Shown here: positions 62,663-64,000 of the stretch, piece by piece | Numbering within the stretch: position 1 is the first letter of the stretch | Layout: each line of letters starts with the position of its first letter | From: Neovahlkampfia damariscottae | Lineage: Eukaryota | NCBI GenBank assembly: GCA_016618085.1 | Contig: JABLTG010000011.1 | Location: forward strand, 124,001-188,000 | Direction of reading: 5' to 3' | DNA: 64,000 nt | Translations under genes and position numbers: made by a program | The notes under the pieces: model-generated | Seen by the model: only the letters and a program-made list of their open reading frames with translations | Databases searched by the model: none | What the model was told of the DNA's origin: nothing

Positions 62663-63981
62663 TTAATTTTTTATATCTTTTAGATCAATTTCATTATTCT
62701 TCTCTTGTTTTATTGAGTTTTGTGGTGAATAATTTTTTTCAGGTGAATATCTTCTCCTTCTTGGTGGTGACGGTGATCTTGAATATCTTCTTCTTCTTGG
62801 TGGTGACGGTGATCTTGAATATCTTCTTCTTGGAGGTGGAGAACTTGAATATCTTCTTCTTCTTCTTGGTGGTGATCTAGAGTATCTTCTTCTTCTTGGT
62901 GGTGATGGTGATCTTGAATATCTTCTTTTTGGTGTTGGAGACCATGTTTCACCTGGTGGTGGTGTTTGATATTTCATAAAACCTCTTCCTAAAAAAAAAT
63001 GAAAAATATTAATCTTTTTTACCTTTGTAACTTCTTTTTTCTGGATTTTCAGGTGACAAAGGAATATTTATCGATATTGTATCAATATTTTGTTGAATTT
63101 CTTCTTGTTCTTCTTTGTCTTCTTCACTTTTCTCTCCACTGTCTTGTAACTTTGTTAATTGATCAATTTGAGCTTGTATTTTTTTCATTTTTTCTTCTCT
63201 CTTCTTTCTTTTTAATTCTTTTTTTTCTTTTTTTAATTTTTTTTTCATCTTTTTTTCTTGTTCAGAATCAGAACTTTTATCGTCTTCTATTTTCATTTCA
63301 CCACAGTCTATTATAGTAACATCTTGAAGTGGTTTTGATCTTTCTAAATCAACTTGTACATCTTCTATCATTTTTACAACTTCCATTCCATCAATAACTT
63401 GTCCAAATACAACCTAAACAAAATAATGAATTACTTTTTGATCTTTTACATGTTTTCCATCAAGAAAAGGACATCTTTTTGTTGTGATGAAAAATTGTGA
63501 CCCATTTGCTTCAAAAGTTATAATATAATTAAATTACTATTCTTTCCAGCGTTAGCCATGGATACCATGAAAGGACGATGATGTTTAATAGTAAAGTTTT
63601 CATCATCAAATTTGGCAGAAAATATACTTTCTCCACCTAAAATAATTAATAAATAGATTTTCATACCTGTTCCATTACCATGACTAAAGTCTCCTCCTAA
63701 TATAAAATATTATTTTTCATTTCAAATTGTTACCTTGAATCATGAAATCTTTTATCACTCTATGAAATGTTGAATTTTTATAATGCAAAGGTTTTCCAAA
63801 ATTCTTTCCGATTCCTTTTTCACCAGTACACAAAGCTCTAAAATTCTCGCAAGTCTTTGGTGTGATTTCTGTGAACAAATGAATAATAATTCTTCCAATT
63901 TTCTTATCACCAATTGCTATAACATTTAGTTTGTCCAAAAAGATAAATACCAATATCAAGAAATACTTCTTCTGCAGGCAT
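62663..63981 (-). CDS. Cyclophilin with C-terminal RS domain (PPIG-like)
   Basis: [46 protein letters not shown] repeats. Confidence 0.9.
62745..62930 (-). repeat. Imperfect coding tandem repeat (~30-33 nt units) encoding [12 protein letters not shown]
   Basis: About five units of cttcttggtggtgacggtgatcttgaatat. Confidence 0.85.
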
Positions 63982-64000
63982 GATTGTTTGAAAAACTAAG

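Noticed and set aside
62745..62930. Direct repeats resembling a CRISPR array
   Set aside because: No unique spacers; the repeats encode the cyclophilin RS domain
1..64000. Alternative genetic code or frameshifting to explain fragmented ORFs
   Set aside because: Breaks in conserved genes are resolved by short GT-AG introns under the standard code; only the Fanzor and DCTPP1 relics need frameshifts
1..64000. tRNA or rRNA genes
   Set aside because: No cloverleaf or rRNA-like GC-rich segment recognised by eye

Overview
Very AT-rich, extremely gene-dense eukaryotic (protist) DNA using the standard code. It holds about 45 protein-coding genes split by tiny (~25-40 nt) GT-AG introns, so the ORF track fragments most genes; I rebuilt gene models by hand and some 5' ends are approximate. 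Gene content (TPLATE, several RGS proteins, a Fanzor2-type element) would fit a heterolobosean-like amoeba, but this is inference only. Recognisable genes include ATM, TPLATE, ASS and ASL (head-to-head), SART3, ERI1-like, NOB1, NAA35, MND1, SSU72, RNASEH2C, TECR, RidA, cyclophilin-RS and a PAZ-RNase III-RNase III-dsRBD enzyme resembling Drosha. Best leads: (1) an internally deleted Fanzor2/IS607-TnpB-like element with a candidate omega-RNA scaffold, CGG-bounded ends and an N-terminal PIP box; (2) two double-length introns, each made of two abutting mini-introns joined at AG|GT (candidate zero-length exon/recursive splicing); (3) a tandem La-motif + CCR4/Angel-type EEP nuclease fusion; (4) the Drosha-like RNase III; (5) a CCAAT motif within ~0-50 nt of most start codons. 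All family assignments come from motif recognition by eye, not database searches.
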